Of a stretch of 64,000 bases of DNA, positions 12,056 through 26,574 are shown one piece after another. The stretch comes from Eledone cirrhosa (Eukaryota). How positions within the stretch are numbered: the stretch's first letter is position 1; every line of letters begins with the position of its first letter. Under the pieces are notes generated by a model. The model saw nothing but the letters and a program-made list of their open reading frames with translations. It ran no database searches and was not told the origin of the DNA. Location: positions 51,832,001-51,896,000 of the forward strand of contig OZ024743.1 of the NCBI GenBank assembly GCA_964016885.1. The letters run 5' to 3'. Both the position numbers and the translations under genes were made by a program.

Positions 12056-12486
12056 TTTAGCATTATAATTATAGTTGACAAGACACCAGTCAATTGCAGG
12101 AGGTAGGTCCTTGCTACTACTGCTACTGGTACTGGAGCAACATGAAATGAAACATCTTGTTCAAGAGCACAACATCCAACCTACTTCAGGAATGAAATTG
12201 CTCACTTTATGATCATGAGTCCAACTTTCTAACCACTAGGCCATGCTCCTTCACTTATGTAAATTTAGCTGATAATTTAATAGAGAAACATGGGAGATGG
12301 TATAAGAATAATAACAGGCTATCACTGATTTCTATGATAGAAATATTTGTGATGTGGGTCTGGTTGCACACAAAGGAAAAAACTATAAAAATATAAATAA
12401 GCAAAAGAAAAATAAGAAAAAAAAGCACTCAAATTAATAAATATATGTATATAAAATAAATGAATAATAAATGAATTATATATATA

Positions 12487-12520
<34 letters not shown>

Positions 12521-13039
12521 AACTCTACTGAACACACTGAATATGACACCAAGATATTTGCAGCAATCAATAAATGGATTTTTTTCATGTACTCTTGTGT
12601 TTGTTGTTGTTATCATTGTAGTAGTTATTGTTGTTGGTGGTGATGGAAGTGGTTATAGTGGTGGTGGTGGCGGTGGTGGCAGCAGTGGCGGTGATGGTGG
12701 TGGTAGTGGCAGCTATAGGTGTAGGTGTATGTGGGTTGTTTTGTTTATGTTGTGCCATTCCCAATACATGGCATCATATATCAGCTCAGATAAAGAAGGA
12801 GTTTGGTGGAGAAGGAGAGGGATAGAAAGTGTGTGAGAGAAGGAAGAAGACAGAGAGAGAGAGAGTGTGTGAAGGAAAGAGATAAACAGAAAGACTGTGA
12901 GAGGAAGAGAAATTTATCTGTCTATCTATATACCTGTCTATCTCACTAATCCTCTCTCTCTCTCTCTGTATATATATATATATATATATATATAACCCAT
13001 ACTAGCGTGGAAGATGGACGTTAAGCAATGATGATGATG

Positions 13040-13415
13040 ATGATATATAAAGAAGGTAGAATGGAAGTGCCACTATAAAACACTACTAAATGAGGAGAAC
13101 GAATGGGATGTAGACAGTTTTCCCCAAGTTGACCCCAAGGGACCAGCTGTGCAAGTTAGCAGTAGTATAGTAAAGCAGTTAAGGAAGACAGACAAAGCAG
13201 TTGGACCTTCCATATCCTCTGCTGCACTGCCAGAGAGAGAACCAGTTGGGAACTTCTTTATGCAGATGATCTAATCCTCATAGCTGAATGTATGGCAGAA
13301 TTAGAGAAGAAATTCCAAACCTGAAATCATGGCCTAGAATCAAAAGGTCTTAAAGTTAACTTATCAACGACTAAAGTCTTAGTATGTAGAAAGGAAACTA
13401 GGACCCAGATTCCGC
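13040..13415 (+). mobile_element. Degraded, internally deleted RTE LINE RT fragment
   Basis: WKCHY..LLNEEN and WELLYADDLILIAE match the copy at 56801. Confidence 0.8.
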
Positions 13416-13418
13416 CAT

Positions 13419-13855
13419 CAGCCTTTCAATATTCTTAGCTGGACTTTCAAAATATTTATTTATTAAACATACCATATATCTTTAGATATACATAAATACA
13501 TATATGTATACAGCAATGTTGAAGCTAAATTCTAATTTTACTTTTAAGTTGAGCCAAGTTTTACAGTTTCATATGCAAATGAAGTTAATTGGCCTACCTA
13601 CACAGGCGAAAATACTATATATTCTCACCTGTTTTCAAGTTCCTGCAGAGAGCAGCAGTACTGTCCTGATAAGGGCCAGTAGCTCGAGATGTACAAAGAC
13701 AGTTGTCCTCTGCTACTTCTACTGGAATCCACTAGACAGCGATGGCTGTCAGCCTTTCAATATTCATAGCTGGGCTTTCAAAATATTTATTTATTAAACA
13801 TACCATATTTCTTTAGATATATGAAATTCACATACATATATGTATACAGCTATGT
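13419..13855 (+). repeat. ~100-bp direct repeat pair (13419-13515 and 13749-13852)
   Basis: TCAGCCTTTCAATATTC...ATTAAACATACCATAT..CTTTAGATATA occurs twice. Confidence 0.8.
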
Positions 13856-14230
13856 TTATCACAGATAAACCAGCAGAGACTACATAATAAGACTGACATT
13901 GTACAGATAGACCACCAGATAACATACAATAAAACTGACACCACAGATAGACTAACAGATAATACTCAATAAACCCAAATAAAATTTTCCATAACAAAAA
14001 TAACTAGTGCCCAATTATCAACATGGAAATACAAAATGACTGAAGGAATTACAGCAACCTAGTTGTTAAATTACATTGACCTAGTTGTATTAAATTATGG
14101 CAATTAACAAATGTGTTTATCTGACATTAAATGATAATAATAATGATGATGATGATTTTGATTTATCCTCCCATTTGTAATTGGTAGAATTGGAAGGATA
14201 CACAACTATTTCTATAAAGACATTGATAGT

Positions 14231-17200
14231 AAACATAACACCATAGACTAGGTTACTGTTCCAGAGAGAAAGAAGGGTCTATAAAGACATAAGACTATAG
14301 ACTAGGATACTGTTCCAGAGAGAAGGAAGGGTCTATAAAGACATAACACCATAGACTAGGTTACTGTTCCAGAGAAAAAGAAGGGTCTATAAAGACATAA
14401 GACTATAGACTAGGTTACTGTTCCAGAGAAAAAGAAGGGTCTATAAAGACATAAGACTATAGACTAGGTTACTGTTCCAGAGAGAAAGAAGGGTCTATAA
14501 AGACATAAGACTATAGACTAGGTTACAGTTCCAGAGAGAAGGAAGGGTCTATAAAGACATAACACTATAGACTAGGTTACTGTTCCAGAGAGAAGGAAGG
14601 GTCTATAAAGACATAACACCATAGACTAGGTTACTGTTCCAGAGAGAAGGAAGGGTCTATAAAGACATAAGACCATAGACTAGGTTACTGTTCCAGAGAG
14701 AAGGAAGGGTCTATAAAGATATAAGACTATAGACTAGGTTACTGTTCCAGAGAGAAGGAAGGGTCTATAAAGACATAAGACTATAGACTAGGGTACTGTT
14801 CCAGAGAGAAGGAAGGGTCTATAAAGACATAAGACTATAGACTAGGGTACTGTTCCAGAGAGAAGGAAGGGTCTATAAAGACATAAGACTATAGACTAGG
14901 GTACTGTTCCAGAGAGAAGGAAGGGTCTATAAAGACATAAGACTATAGACTAGGTTACTGTTCCAGAGAGAAGGAAGGGTCTATAAAGACATAACACCAT
15001 AGACTAGGTTACTGTTCCAGAGAGAAGGAAGGGTCTATAAAGATATAAGACTATAGACTAGGTTACTGTTCCAGAGAGAAGGAAGGGTCTATAAAGACAT
15101 AAGACTATAGACTAGGGTACTGTTCCAGAGAGAAGGAAGGGTCTATAAAGACATAAGACTATGGACTAGGGTACTGTTCCAAAGAGAAGGAAGGGTCTAT
15201 AAAGACATAACACCATAGACTAGGTTACTGTTCCAGAGAGAAGGAAGGGTCTATAAAGACATAAGACTATAGACTAGGTTACTGTTCCAGAGAGAAGGAA
15301 GGGTCTATAAAGACATAAGACTATAGACTAGGTTACTGTTCCAGAGAGAAGGAAGGGTCTATAAAGACATAAGACTATGGACTAGGGTACTGTTCCAGAG
15401 AGAAGGAAGGGTCTATAAAGACATAAGACTATAGACTAGGTTACTGTTCCAGAGAGAAGGAAGGGTCTATAAAGATATAAGACTATAGACTAGGTTACTG
15501 TTCCAGAGAGAAGGAAGGGTCTATAAAGACATAAGACTATAAACTAGGTTACTGTTCCAGAGAGAAGGAAGGGTCTATAAAGACATAAGACTATGGACTA
15601 GGGTACTGTTCCAAAGAGAAGGAAGGGTCTATAAAGACATAACACCATAGACTAGGTTACTGTTCCAGAGAGAAGGAAGGGTCTATAAAGACATAAGACT
15701 ATAGACTAGGTTACTGTTCCAGAGAGAAGGAAGGGTCTATAAAGACATAAGACTATAGACTAGGTTACTGTTCCAGAGAGAAGGAAGGGTCTATAAAGAC
15801 ATAACACCATAGACTAGGTTACTGTTCCAGAGAGAAGGAAGGGTCTATAAAGACATAAGACTATAGACTAGGTTACAGTTCAAGAGAGAAGGAAGGGTCT
15901 ATAAAGACATAAGACTATAGACTAGGTTACAGTTCCAGAGAGAAGGAAGGGTCTATAAAGACATAACACCATAGACTAGGTTACTGTTCCAGAGAGAAGG
16001 AAGGGTCTATAAAGACATAAGACCATAGTCTAGGTTACTGTTCCAGAGAGAAGGAAGGGTCTATAAAGACATAAGACCATAGACTAGGTTACAGTTCCAG
16101 AGAGAAAGAAGGGTCTATAAAGACATAAGACCATAGACTAGGTTACTGTTCCAGAGAGAAGGAAGGGTCTATAAAGACATAACACCATAGACTAGGTTAC
16201 TGTTCCAGAGAGAAGGAAGGGTCTATAAAGACATAACACCATAGACTAGGTTACTGTTCCAGAGAGAAGGAAGGGTCTATAAAGACATAAGACTATAGAC
16301 TAGGTTACTGTTCCAGGGAGAAGGAAGGGTCTATAAAGACATAAGACTATAGACTAGGTTACTGTTCCATAGAGAAGGAAGGGTCTATAAAGACATAAGA
16401 CCATAGACTAGGTTACTGTTCCATAGAGAAAGAAGGGTCTATCAAGACATAAGACAATAGACTAGGTTACAGTTCCAGTGAGAAGGAAGGGTCTATAAAG
16501 ACATAAGACTATAGACTAGGGTACTGTTCCAGAGAGAAGGAAGGGTCTATAAAGACATAAGACTATGGACTAGGGTACTGTTCCAGAGAGAAGGAAGGGT
16601 CTATAAAGACATAACACCATAGACTAGGTTACTGTTCCAGAGAGAAGGAAGGGTCTATAAAGACATAAGACTATAGACTAGGTTACTGTTCCAGAGAGAA
16701 GGAAGGGTCTATAAAGACATAAGACAATAGACTAGGTTACAGTTCCAGTAAGAAGGAAGGGTCTATAAAGACATAAGACTATAGACTAGGTTACTGTTCA
16801 AGAGAGAAGGAAGGGTCTATAAAGACATAAGACTATAGACTAGGTTACTGTTCCAGAGAGAAGGAAGGGTCTATAAAGACATAAGACTGTAGACTAGGTT
16901 ACTGTTCCAGAGAAAAGGAAGGGTCTATAAAGACATAAGACTATGGACTAGGTTACTGTTCCAGAGAAAAGGAAGGGTCTATAAAGACATAAGACTAAAG
17001 ACTAGGTTACTGTTCCAGAGAAAAGGAAGGGTCTATAAAGACATAAGACTATAGACTAGGGTACTGTTCCAGAGAGAAGGAAGGGTCTATAAAGACATAA
17101 GACTATAGACTAGGTTACTGTTCCATAGAGAAGGAAGGGTCTATCAAGATATAAGACTATAGACTAGGTTACTGTTCCAGAGAGAAGAAAGGGTCTATAA

Positions 17201-20200
17201 AGATATAAGACCATAGACTAGGTTACTGTTCCAGAGAGAAGGAAGGGTCTATAAAGACATAAGACTGTAGACTAGGTTACTGTTCAAGAGAGAAGGAAGG
17301 GTCTATAAAGATATAAGACTATAGACTAGGTTACAGTTGCAGAGAGAAGGAAGGGTCTATAAAGACATAAGACCATAAACTAGGTTACTGTTCCAGAGAG
17401 AAGGAAGGGTCTATAAAGACATAAGACTGTAGACTAGTTTACTGTTCAAGAGAGAAGGAAGGGTCTATAAAGATATAAGACTATAGACTAGGTTACAGTT
17501 GCAGAGAGAAGGAAGGATCTATAAAGACATAAGACTATAGACTAGGTTACAATTCCAGAGAGAAGGAAGGGTCTATCAAGATATAAGACTATAGACTAGG
17601 TTACTGTTCCAGAGAGAAGGAAGGGTCTATAAAGATATAAGACCATAGACTAGATTACTGTTCCAGAGAGAAGGAAGGGTCTATAAAGATATAAGACCAT
17701 AGACTAGGTTACAGTTCCAGAGAAAAGGGAGGGTCTATAAAGACATAAGACTATAGACTAGGTTACTCTTCCAGAGAGAAGGAAGGGTCTATAAAGACAT
17801 AAGACTATAGACTAGGTTACTGTTCCAGAGAGAAGGAAGGGTCTATAAAGACATAAGACTATAGACTAGGTTACTGTTCCAGAGAGAAGGAAGGGTCTAT
17901 AAAGACATAAGACTATAGACTAGGTTACAGTTCCAGAGAGAAGGAAGGGTCTATAAAGACATAAGACTATAGACTAGGTTACTGTTCCAGAGAGAAGGGA
18001 GGGTCTATAAAGACATAAGACTATAGACTAGGTTACTGTTCCAGAGAGAAGGAAGGGTCTATAAAGACATAAGACCATAGACTAGGTTACAGTTCCAGAG
18101 AGGAGGGAGGGTCTATAAAGACATAAGGCTATAGACTAGGTTACTGTTCCAGAGAGAAAGAAGGGTCTATAAAGACATAAGACTATAGACTAGGTTACTG
18201 TTCCAGAGAGAAGGAAGGGTCTATAAAGACATAAGACTATAGACTAGGTTACAGTTCCAGAGAGAAGGAAGGGTCTATAAAGACATAAGACTATAGACTA
18301 GGTTACTGTTCCAGAGAGAAGGGAGGGTCTATAAAGACATAAGACTATAGACTAGGTTACTGTTCCAGAGAGAAGGAAGGGTCTATAAAGACATAAGACC
18401 ATAGACTAGGTTACAGTTCCAGAGAGGAGGGAGGGTCTATAAAGACATAAGACTATAGACTAGGTTAGAGTTCAAGAGAGAAGGAAGGGTCTATAAAGAC
18501 ATAAGGCTATAGACTAGGTTACAGTTCCAGAGAGAAGGAAGGGTCTATAAAGACATAAGACTATAGACTAGGTTACTGTTCCAGAGAGAAGGGAGGGTCT
18601 ATAAAGACATAAGACTATAGACTAGGTTACTGTTCCAGAGAGAAGGAAGGGTCTATAAAGACATAAGACCATAGACTAGGTCACAGTTCCAGAGAGGAGG
18701 GAGGGTCTATAAAGACATAAGACTATAGACTAGGTTAGAGTTCAAGAGAGAAGGAAGGGTCTATAAAGACATAAGGCTATAGACTAGGTTACTGTTCCAA
18801 AGAGAAAGAAGGGTCTATAAAGACATAAGACTATAGACTAGGTTACTGTTCCAGAGAGAAGGAAGGGTCTATAAAGACATAACACCATAGACTAGGTTAC
18901 TGTTCCAGAGAGAAGGAAGGGTCTATAAAGACATAAGACCATAGACTAGGTTACTGTTCCAGAGAGAAGGAAGGGTCTATAAAGACATAAGACTATAGAC
19001 TAGGTTACAGTTCCAGAGAGAAGGAAGGGTCTATAAAGACATAAGACTATAGACTAGGTTACTGTTCCAGAGAGAAGGAAGGGTCTATAAAGACATAAGA
19101 CTATGGACTAGGGTACTGTTCCAGAGAGAAGGAAGGGTCTATAAAGACATAACACCATAGACTAGGTTACTGTTCCAGAGAGAAGGAAGGGTCTATAAAG
19201 ACATAAGACTATAGACTAGGGTACTGTTCCAGAGAGAAGGAAGGGTCTATAAAGACATAACACCACAGGCTAGGTTACTGTTCCAGAGAGAAGGAAGGGT
19301 CTATAAAGACATAACACCACAGGCTAGGTTACTGTTCCAGAGAGAAGGAAGGGTCTATAAAGACATAAGACCATAGACTAGGTTACTGTTCCAGAGAGAA
19401 GGAAGGGTCTATAAAGACATAACACCATAGACTAGGTTACTGTTCCAGAGAGAAGGAAGGGTCTATAAAGACATAACACCATAGACTAGGTTACTGTTCC
19501 AGAGAGAAGGAAGGGTCTATAAAGACATAAGACCATAGACTAGGTTACTGTTCCAGAGAGAAGGAAGGGTCTATAAAGACATAAGACTATAGACTAGGTT
19601 ACTGTTCCAGAGAGAAGTAAGGGTCTATAAAGACATAACACCATAGACTAGGTTACTGTTCCAGAGAGAAAGAAGGGTCTATAAGATATAAGACTATAAA
19701 CTAGGTTACTGTTCCAGAGAGAAGGAAGGGTCTATAAAGACATAACACCATAGACTAGGTTACTCTTTCAGAGAGAAGGAAGGGTCTATAAAGACATAAG
19801 ACTATAGACTAGGTTACAGTTCAAGAGAGAAGGAAGGGTCTATAAAGACATAAGACTATAGACTAGGTTACTGTTCCAGAGAGAAGGAAGGGTCTATAAA
19901 GACATAAGACTATAGACTAGGGTACTGTTCCAGAGAGAAGGAACGGTCTATAAAGACATAAGACTGTAGACTAGGTTACTGTTCAAGAGAGAAGGAAGGG
20001 TCTATAAAGATATAAGACTATAGACTAGGTTACAGTTCCAGTGAGAAGGAAGGGTCTATAAAGACATAAGACTATAGACTAGGTTACTGTTACAGAGAGA
20101 AGGAAGGGTCTATAAAGACATAAGACTATAGACTAGGTTAGAGTTCAAGAGAGAAGGAAGGGTCTATAAAGACATAAGACTATAGACTAGGTTACTGTTC

Positions 20201-23200
20201 CAGAGAGAAGGAACGGTCTATAAAGACATAAGACTGTAGACTAGGTTACTGTTCCAGAGAAAAGGAAGGGTCTATAAAGACATAAGACTATGGACTAGGT
20301 TACTGTTCTAGAGAAAAGGAAGGGTCTATAAAGACATAAGACTAAAGACTAGGTTACTGTTCCAGAGAAAAGGAAGGGTCTATAAAGACATAAGACTATA
20401 GACTAGGGTACTGTTCCAGAGAGAAGGAAGGGTCTATAAAGACATAAGACTATAGACTAGGTTACTCTTCCATAGAGAAGGAAGGGTCTATCAAGATATA
20501 AGACTATAGACTAGGTTATTGTTCCAGAGAGAAGGAAGGGTCTATAAAGATATAAGACCATAGACTAGGTTACTGTTCCAGAGAGAAGGAAGGGTCTATA
20601 AAGACATAAGACTATAAACTAGGTTACTGTTCCAGAGAGAAGGAAGGGTCTATAAAGACATAAGACTGTAGACTAGGTTACTGTTCAAGAGAGAAGGAAG
20701 GGTCTATAAAGATATAAGACTATAGACTAGGTTACAGTTGCAGAGAGAAGGAAGGGTCTATAAAGACATAAGACTATAGACTAGGTTACAGTTCCAGAGA
20801 GAAGGAAGGGTCTATCAAGATATAAGACTATAGACTAGGTTACTGTTCCAGAGAGAAGGAAGGGTCTATAAAGATATAAGACCATAGACTAGATTACTGT
20901 TCCAGAGAGAAGGAAGGGTCTATAAAGATATAAGACCATAGACTAGGTTACAGTTCCAGAGAGAAGGGAGGGTCTATAAAGAGATAAGACTATAGACTAG
21001 GTTACTGTTCCAGAGAGAAGGAAGGGTCTATAAAGACATAAGACTATAGACTAGGTTACTGTTCCAGAGAGAAGGAAGGGTCTATAAAGACATAAGACTA
21101 TAGACTAGGTTACTGTTCCAGAGAGAAGGAAGGGTCTATAAAGACATAAGACTATAGACTAGGTTACTGTTCCAGAGAGAAGGAAGGGTCTATAAAGACA
21201 TAAGACTATAGACTAGGTTACTGTTCCAGAGAGAAGGAAGGGTCTATAATGACATAAGACTATAGACTAGGGTACTGTTCCAGAGAGAAGGAAGTGTCTA
21301 TAAAGACATAAGACTATAGACTAGGTTACAGTTCCAGAGAGAAGGAAGGGTCTATAAAGACATAAGACTATAGACTAGGTTACAGTTCCAGAGAGAAGGA
21401 AGGGTCTATAAAGACATAAGACTATAGACTAGGTTACTCTACCAGAGAGAAGGAAGGGTCTATAAAGACATAAGACCATAGACTAGGTTACAGTTCCAGA
21501 GAGAAGGAAGGGTCTATAAAGACATAAGACCATAGACTAGGTTACAGTTCCAGAGAGAAGGAAGGGTCTATAAAGATATAAGACTATAGACTAGGTTACT
21601 ATTCCAGAGAGAAGGAAGGGTCTATAAAGACATAAGACCATAGACTAGGTTACAGTTCCAGAGAGAAGGGAGGGTCTATAAAGACATAAGACTATAGACT
21701 AGGTTACTCTTCCAGAGAGAAGGAAGGGTCTATAAAGACATAAGACTATAGACTAGGTTACAGTTCCAGTGAGAAAGAAGGGTCTATAAAGACATAAGAC
21801 TATAGACTAGGTTACAGTTCCAGTGAGAAGGAAGGGTCTATAAAGACATAAGACTATAGACTAGGTTACTGTTCCAGAGAGAAGGAAGGGTCTATAAAGA
21901 CATAAGACTATGGACTAGGGTACTGTTCCAGAGAGAAGGAAGGGTCTATAAAGACATAACACCATAGACTAGGTTACTGTTCCACAGAGAAGGAAGGGTC
22001 TATAAAGACATAACACCATAGACTAGGTTACTGTTCCAGAGAGAAGGAAGGGTCTATAAAGACATAACACCATAGACTAGGTTACTGTTCCAGAGAAAAA
22101 GAAGGGTCTATAAAGACATAAGACTATAGACTAGGTTACTGTTCCAGAGAGAAAGAAGGGTCTATAAAGACATAAGACTAAAGACTAGGGTACTGTTCCA
22201 GAGAGAAGTAAGGGTCTATAAAGACATAACACCATAGACTAGGTTACAGTTCCAGAGAGAAGGAAGGGTCTATAAAGACATAACACCATAGACTAGGTTA
22301 CTGTTCCATAGAGAAGGAAGGGTCTATAAAGACATAAGACTAAAGACTAGGTTACTGTTCCAGAGAGAAGGAAGGGTCTATAAAGACATAACACCATAGA
22401 CTAGGTTACTGTTCCAGAGAGAAGGAAGGGTCTATAAAGACATAACACCATAGACTAGGTTACTGTTCCAGAGAGAAGGAAGGGTCTATAAAGACATAAG
22501 ACTAAAGACTAGGTTACTGTTCCAGAGAGAAGGAAGGGTCTATAAAGACATAACACCATAGACTAGGTTACTGTTCCAGAGAGAAGGAAGGGTCTATAAA
22601 GACATAAGACTATAGACTAGGTTACTGTTCCAGAGAGAAGGAAGGGTCTATAAAGATATAACACCATAGACTAGGTTACTGTTCCAGAGAGAAGGAAGGG
22701 TCTATAAAGACATAAGACTATAGACTAGGGTACTGTTCCAGAGAGAAGGAAGGGTCTATAAAGACATAACACCATAGACTAGGTTACTGTTCCAGAGAGA
22801 AAGAAGGGTCTATAAAGATATAAGACTATAAACTAGGTTACTGTTCCAGAGAGAAGGAAGGGTCTATAAAGACATAAGACTATAGACTAGGTTACTCTTC
22901 CAGAGAGAAGGAAGGGTCTATAAAGACATAAGACTATAGACTAGGTTACTGTTCCAGAGAGAAGGAAGGGTCTATAAAGACATAAGACTATAGACTAGGT
23001 TACAGTTCCAGAGAGAAGGAAGGGTCTATAAAGACATAAGACAATAGACTAGGTTACTGTTCCAGAGAGAAGGAAGGGTCTATAAAGACATAAGACTATA
23101 GACTAGGTTACAGTTCAAGAGATAAGGAAGGGTCTATAAAGACATAAGACTATAGACTAGGTTACTGTTCCAGAGAGAAGGAAGGGTCTATAAAGACATA

Positions 23201-26200
23201 AGACAATAGACTAGGTTACTGTTCCAGAGAGAAGGAAGGGTCTATAAAGACATAACACCATAGACTAGGTTACTGTTCCAGAGAGAAGGAAGGGTCTATA
23301 AAGACATAAGACTATAGACTAGGTTACTGTTCCAGAGAGAAGGAAGGGTCTATAAAGACATAACACCATAGACTAGGTTACTGTTCCAGAGAGAAAGAAG
23401 GGTCTATAAAGACATAACACCATAGACTAGGTTACTGTTCCAGAGAGAAGGAAGGGTCTATAAAGATATAAGACTATAAACTAGGTTACTGTTCCAGAGA
23501 GAAGGAAGGGTCGATAAAGACATAAGACTATAGACTAGGTTACTCTTCCAGAGAGAAGGAAGGGTCTATAAAGACATAAGACTATAGACTAGGTTACAGT
23601 TCAAGAGATAAGGAAGGGTCTATAAAGACATAAGACTATAGACTAGGTTACTGTTCCAGAGAGAAGGAAGGGTCTATAAAGACATAAGACAATAGACTAG
23701 GTTACAGTTCCAGTGAGAAGGAAGGGTCTATAAAGACATAAGACTATAGACTAGGTTACTGTTACAGAGAGAAGGAAGGGTCTATAAAGACATAAGTCTA
23801 TAGACTAGGTTACAGTTCAAGAGAGAAGGAAGGGTCTATAAAGACATAAGACTATAGACTAGGTTACTGTTCCAGAGAGAAGGAACGGTCTATAAAGACA
23901 TAAGACTGTAGACTAGGTTACTGTTCCAGAGAAAAGGAAGGGTCTATAAAGACATAAGACTATGGACTAGGTTACTGTTCCAGAGAAAAGGAAGGGTCTA
24001 TAAAGATATAAGACTAAAGACTAGGTTACTGTTCCAGAGAAAAGGAAGGGTCTATAAAGACATAAGACTATAGACTAGGGTACTGTTCCAGAGAGAAGGA
24101 AGGGTCTATAAAGACATAAGACTATAGACTAGGTTACTGTTCCATAGAGAAGGAAGGGTCTATCAAGATATAAGACTATAGACTAGGTTACTGTTCCAGA
24201 GAGAAGGAAGGGTCTATAAAGATATAAGACCATAGACTAGGTTACTGTTCCAGAGAGAAGGAAGGGTCTATAAAGACATAAGACCATAAACTAGGTTACT
24301 GTTCCAGAGAGAAGGAAGGGTCTATAAAGACATAAGACTGTAGACTAGGTTACTGTTCCAGAGAGAAGGAAGGGTCTATAAAGACATAAGACTATAGACT
24401 AGGTTACTGTTCCAGAGAGAAGGAAGGGTCTATAAAGATATAAGACTATAGACTAGGTTACAGTTGCAGAGAGAAGGAAGGGTCTATAAAGACATAAGAC
24501 TATAGACTAGGTTACAGTTCCAGAGAGAAGGAAGGGTCTATCAAGATATAAGACTATAGACTAGGTTACTGTTCCAGAGAGAAGGAAGGGTCTATAAAGA
24601 TATAAGACCATAGACTAGATTACTGTTCCAGAGAGAAGGAAGGGTCTATAAAGATATAAGACCATAGACTAGGTTACAGTTCCAGAGAGAAGGGAGGGTC
24701 TATAAAGAGATAAGACTATAGACTAGGTTACTCTTCCAGAGAGAAGGAAGGGTCTATAAAGACATAAGACTATAGACTAGGTTACTGTTCCAGAGAGAAG
24801 GAAGGGTCTATAAAGACATAAGACTATAGACTAGGTTACTGTTCCAGAGAGAAGGAAGGGTCTATAAAGACATAAGACTATAGACTAGGTTACTGTTCCA
24901 GAGAGAAGGAAGGGTCTATAAAGACATAAGACTATAGACTAGGTTACAGTTCCAGAGAGAAGGAAGGGTCTATAAAGACATAAGACTATAGACTAGGTTA
25001 CTGTTCCAGAGAGAAGGGAGGGTCTATAAAGACATAAGACCATAGACTAGGTTACAGTTCCAGAGAGAAGGAAGGGTCTATAAAGACATAAGACTATAGA
25101 CTAGGGTACTGTTCCAGAGAGAAGGAAGGGTCTATAAAGACATAAGACCATAGACTAGGTTACTGTTCCAGAGAGAAGGAAGGGTCTATAAAGACATAAG
25201 ACCATAGACTAGGTTACAGTTCCAGAGAGAAGGGAGGGTCTATAAAGACATAAGACTATAGACTAGGTTACTCTTCCAGAGAGAAGGAAGGGTCTATAAA
25301 GACATAAGACCATAGACTAGGTTACAGTTCTAGAGAGAAGGAAGGGTCTATAAAGACATAAGACCATAGACTAGGTTACAGTTCCAGAGAGAAGGAAGGG
25401 TCTATAAAGATATAAGACTATAGACTAGGTTACTGTTCCAGAGAGAAGGAAGGGTCTATAAAGACATAAGACCATAGACTAGGTTACAGTTCCAGAGAGA
25501 AGGGAGGGTCTATAAAGACATAAGACTATAGACTAGGTTACTCTTCCAGAGAGAAGGAAGGGTCTATAAAGACATAAGACTATAGACTAGGTTACTGTTC
25601 CAGAGAGAAGGAACGGTCTATAAAGACATAAGACTGTAGACTAGGTTACTGTTCCAGAGAAAAGGAAGGGTCTATAAAGACATAAGACTATGGACTAGGT
25701 TACTGTTCTAGAGAAAAGGAAGGGTCTATAAAGACATAAGACTAAAGACTAGGTTACTGTTCCAGAGAAAAGGAAGGGTCTATAAAGACATAAGACTATA
25801 GACTAGGGTACTGTTCCAGAGAGAAGGAAGGGTCTATAAAGAGATAAGACTATAGACTAGGTTACTGTTCCATAGAGAAGGAAGGGTCTATCAAGATATA
25901 AGACTATAGACTAGGTTACTGTTCCAGAGAGAAGGAAGGGTCTATAAAGACATAAGACCATAGACTAGGTTACTGTTCCAGAGAGAAGGAAGGGTCTATA
26001 AAGACATAAGACCATAGACTAGGTTACTGTTCCAGAGAGAAGGAAGGGTCTATAAAGACATAAGACCATAAACTAGGTTACTGTTCCAGAGAGAAGGAAG
26101 GGTCTATAAAGACATAAGACTGTAGACTAGGTTACTGTTCAAGAGAGAAGGAAGGGTCTATAAAGACATAAGACCATAGACTAGGTTACAGTTCCAGAGA

Positions 26201-26574
26201 GAAGGAAGGGTCTATAAAGACATAAGACTATAGACTAGGTTACTGTTCCAGAGAGAAGGAAGGGTCTATAAAGATATAAGACCATAGACTAGGTTACTGT
26301 TCCAGAGAGAAGGAAGGGTCTATAAAGATATAAGACTATAGACTAGGTTACTGTTCCAGAGAGAAGGAAGGGTCTATAAAGACATAAGACTATAGACTAG
26401 GTTACTGTTCCAGAGAGAAGGAAGGGTCTATAAAGACATAAGACCATAGACTAGGTTACTGTTCCAGAGAGAAGGAAGGGTCTATAAAGACATAAGACTA
26501 TAGACTAGGTTACTGTTCCAGAGAGAAGGAAGGGTCTATAAAGACATAAGACTATAGACTAGGTTACTGTTCCA
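14231..26574. repeat. 54-bp satellite array, ~228 copies (12.3 kb)
   Basis: Unit ATAAAGACATAAGACTATAGACTAGGTTACTGTTCCAGAGAGAAGGAAGGGTCT. The consensus has a stop codon in all six frames. Confidence 0.98.

Noticed and set aside
14231-26574. CRISPR-like array or coding tandem repeat
   Set aside because: There are no unique spacers, and the consensus unit has stops in all six frames, so it is a satellite.
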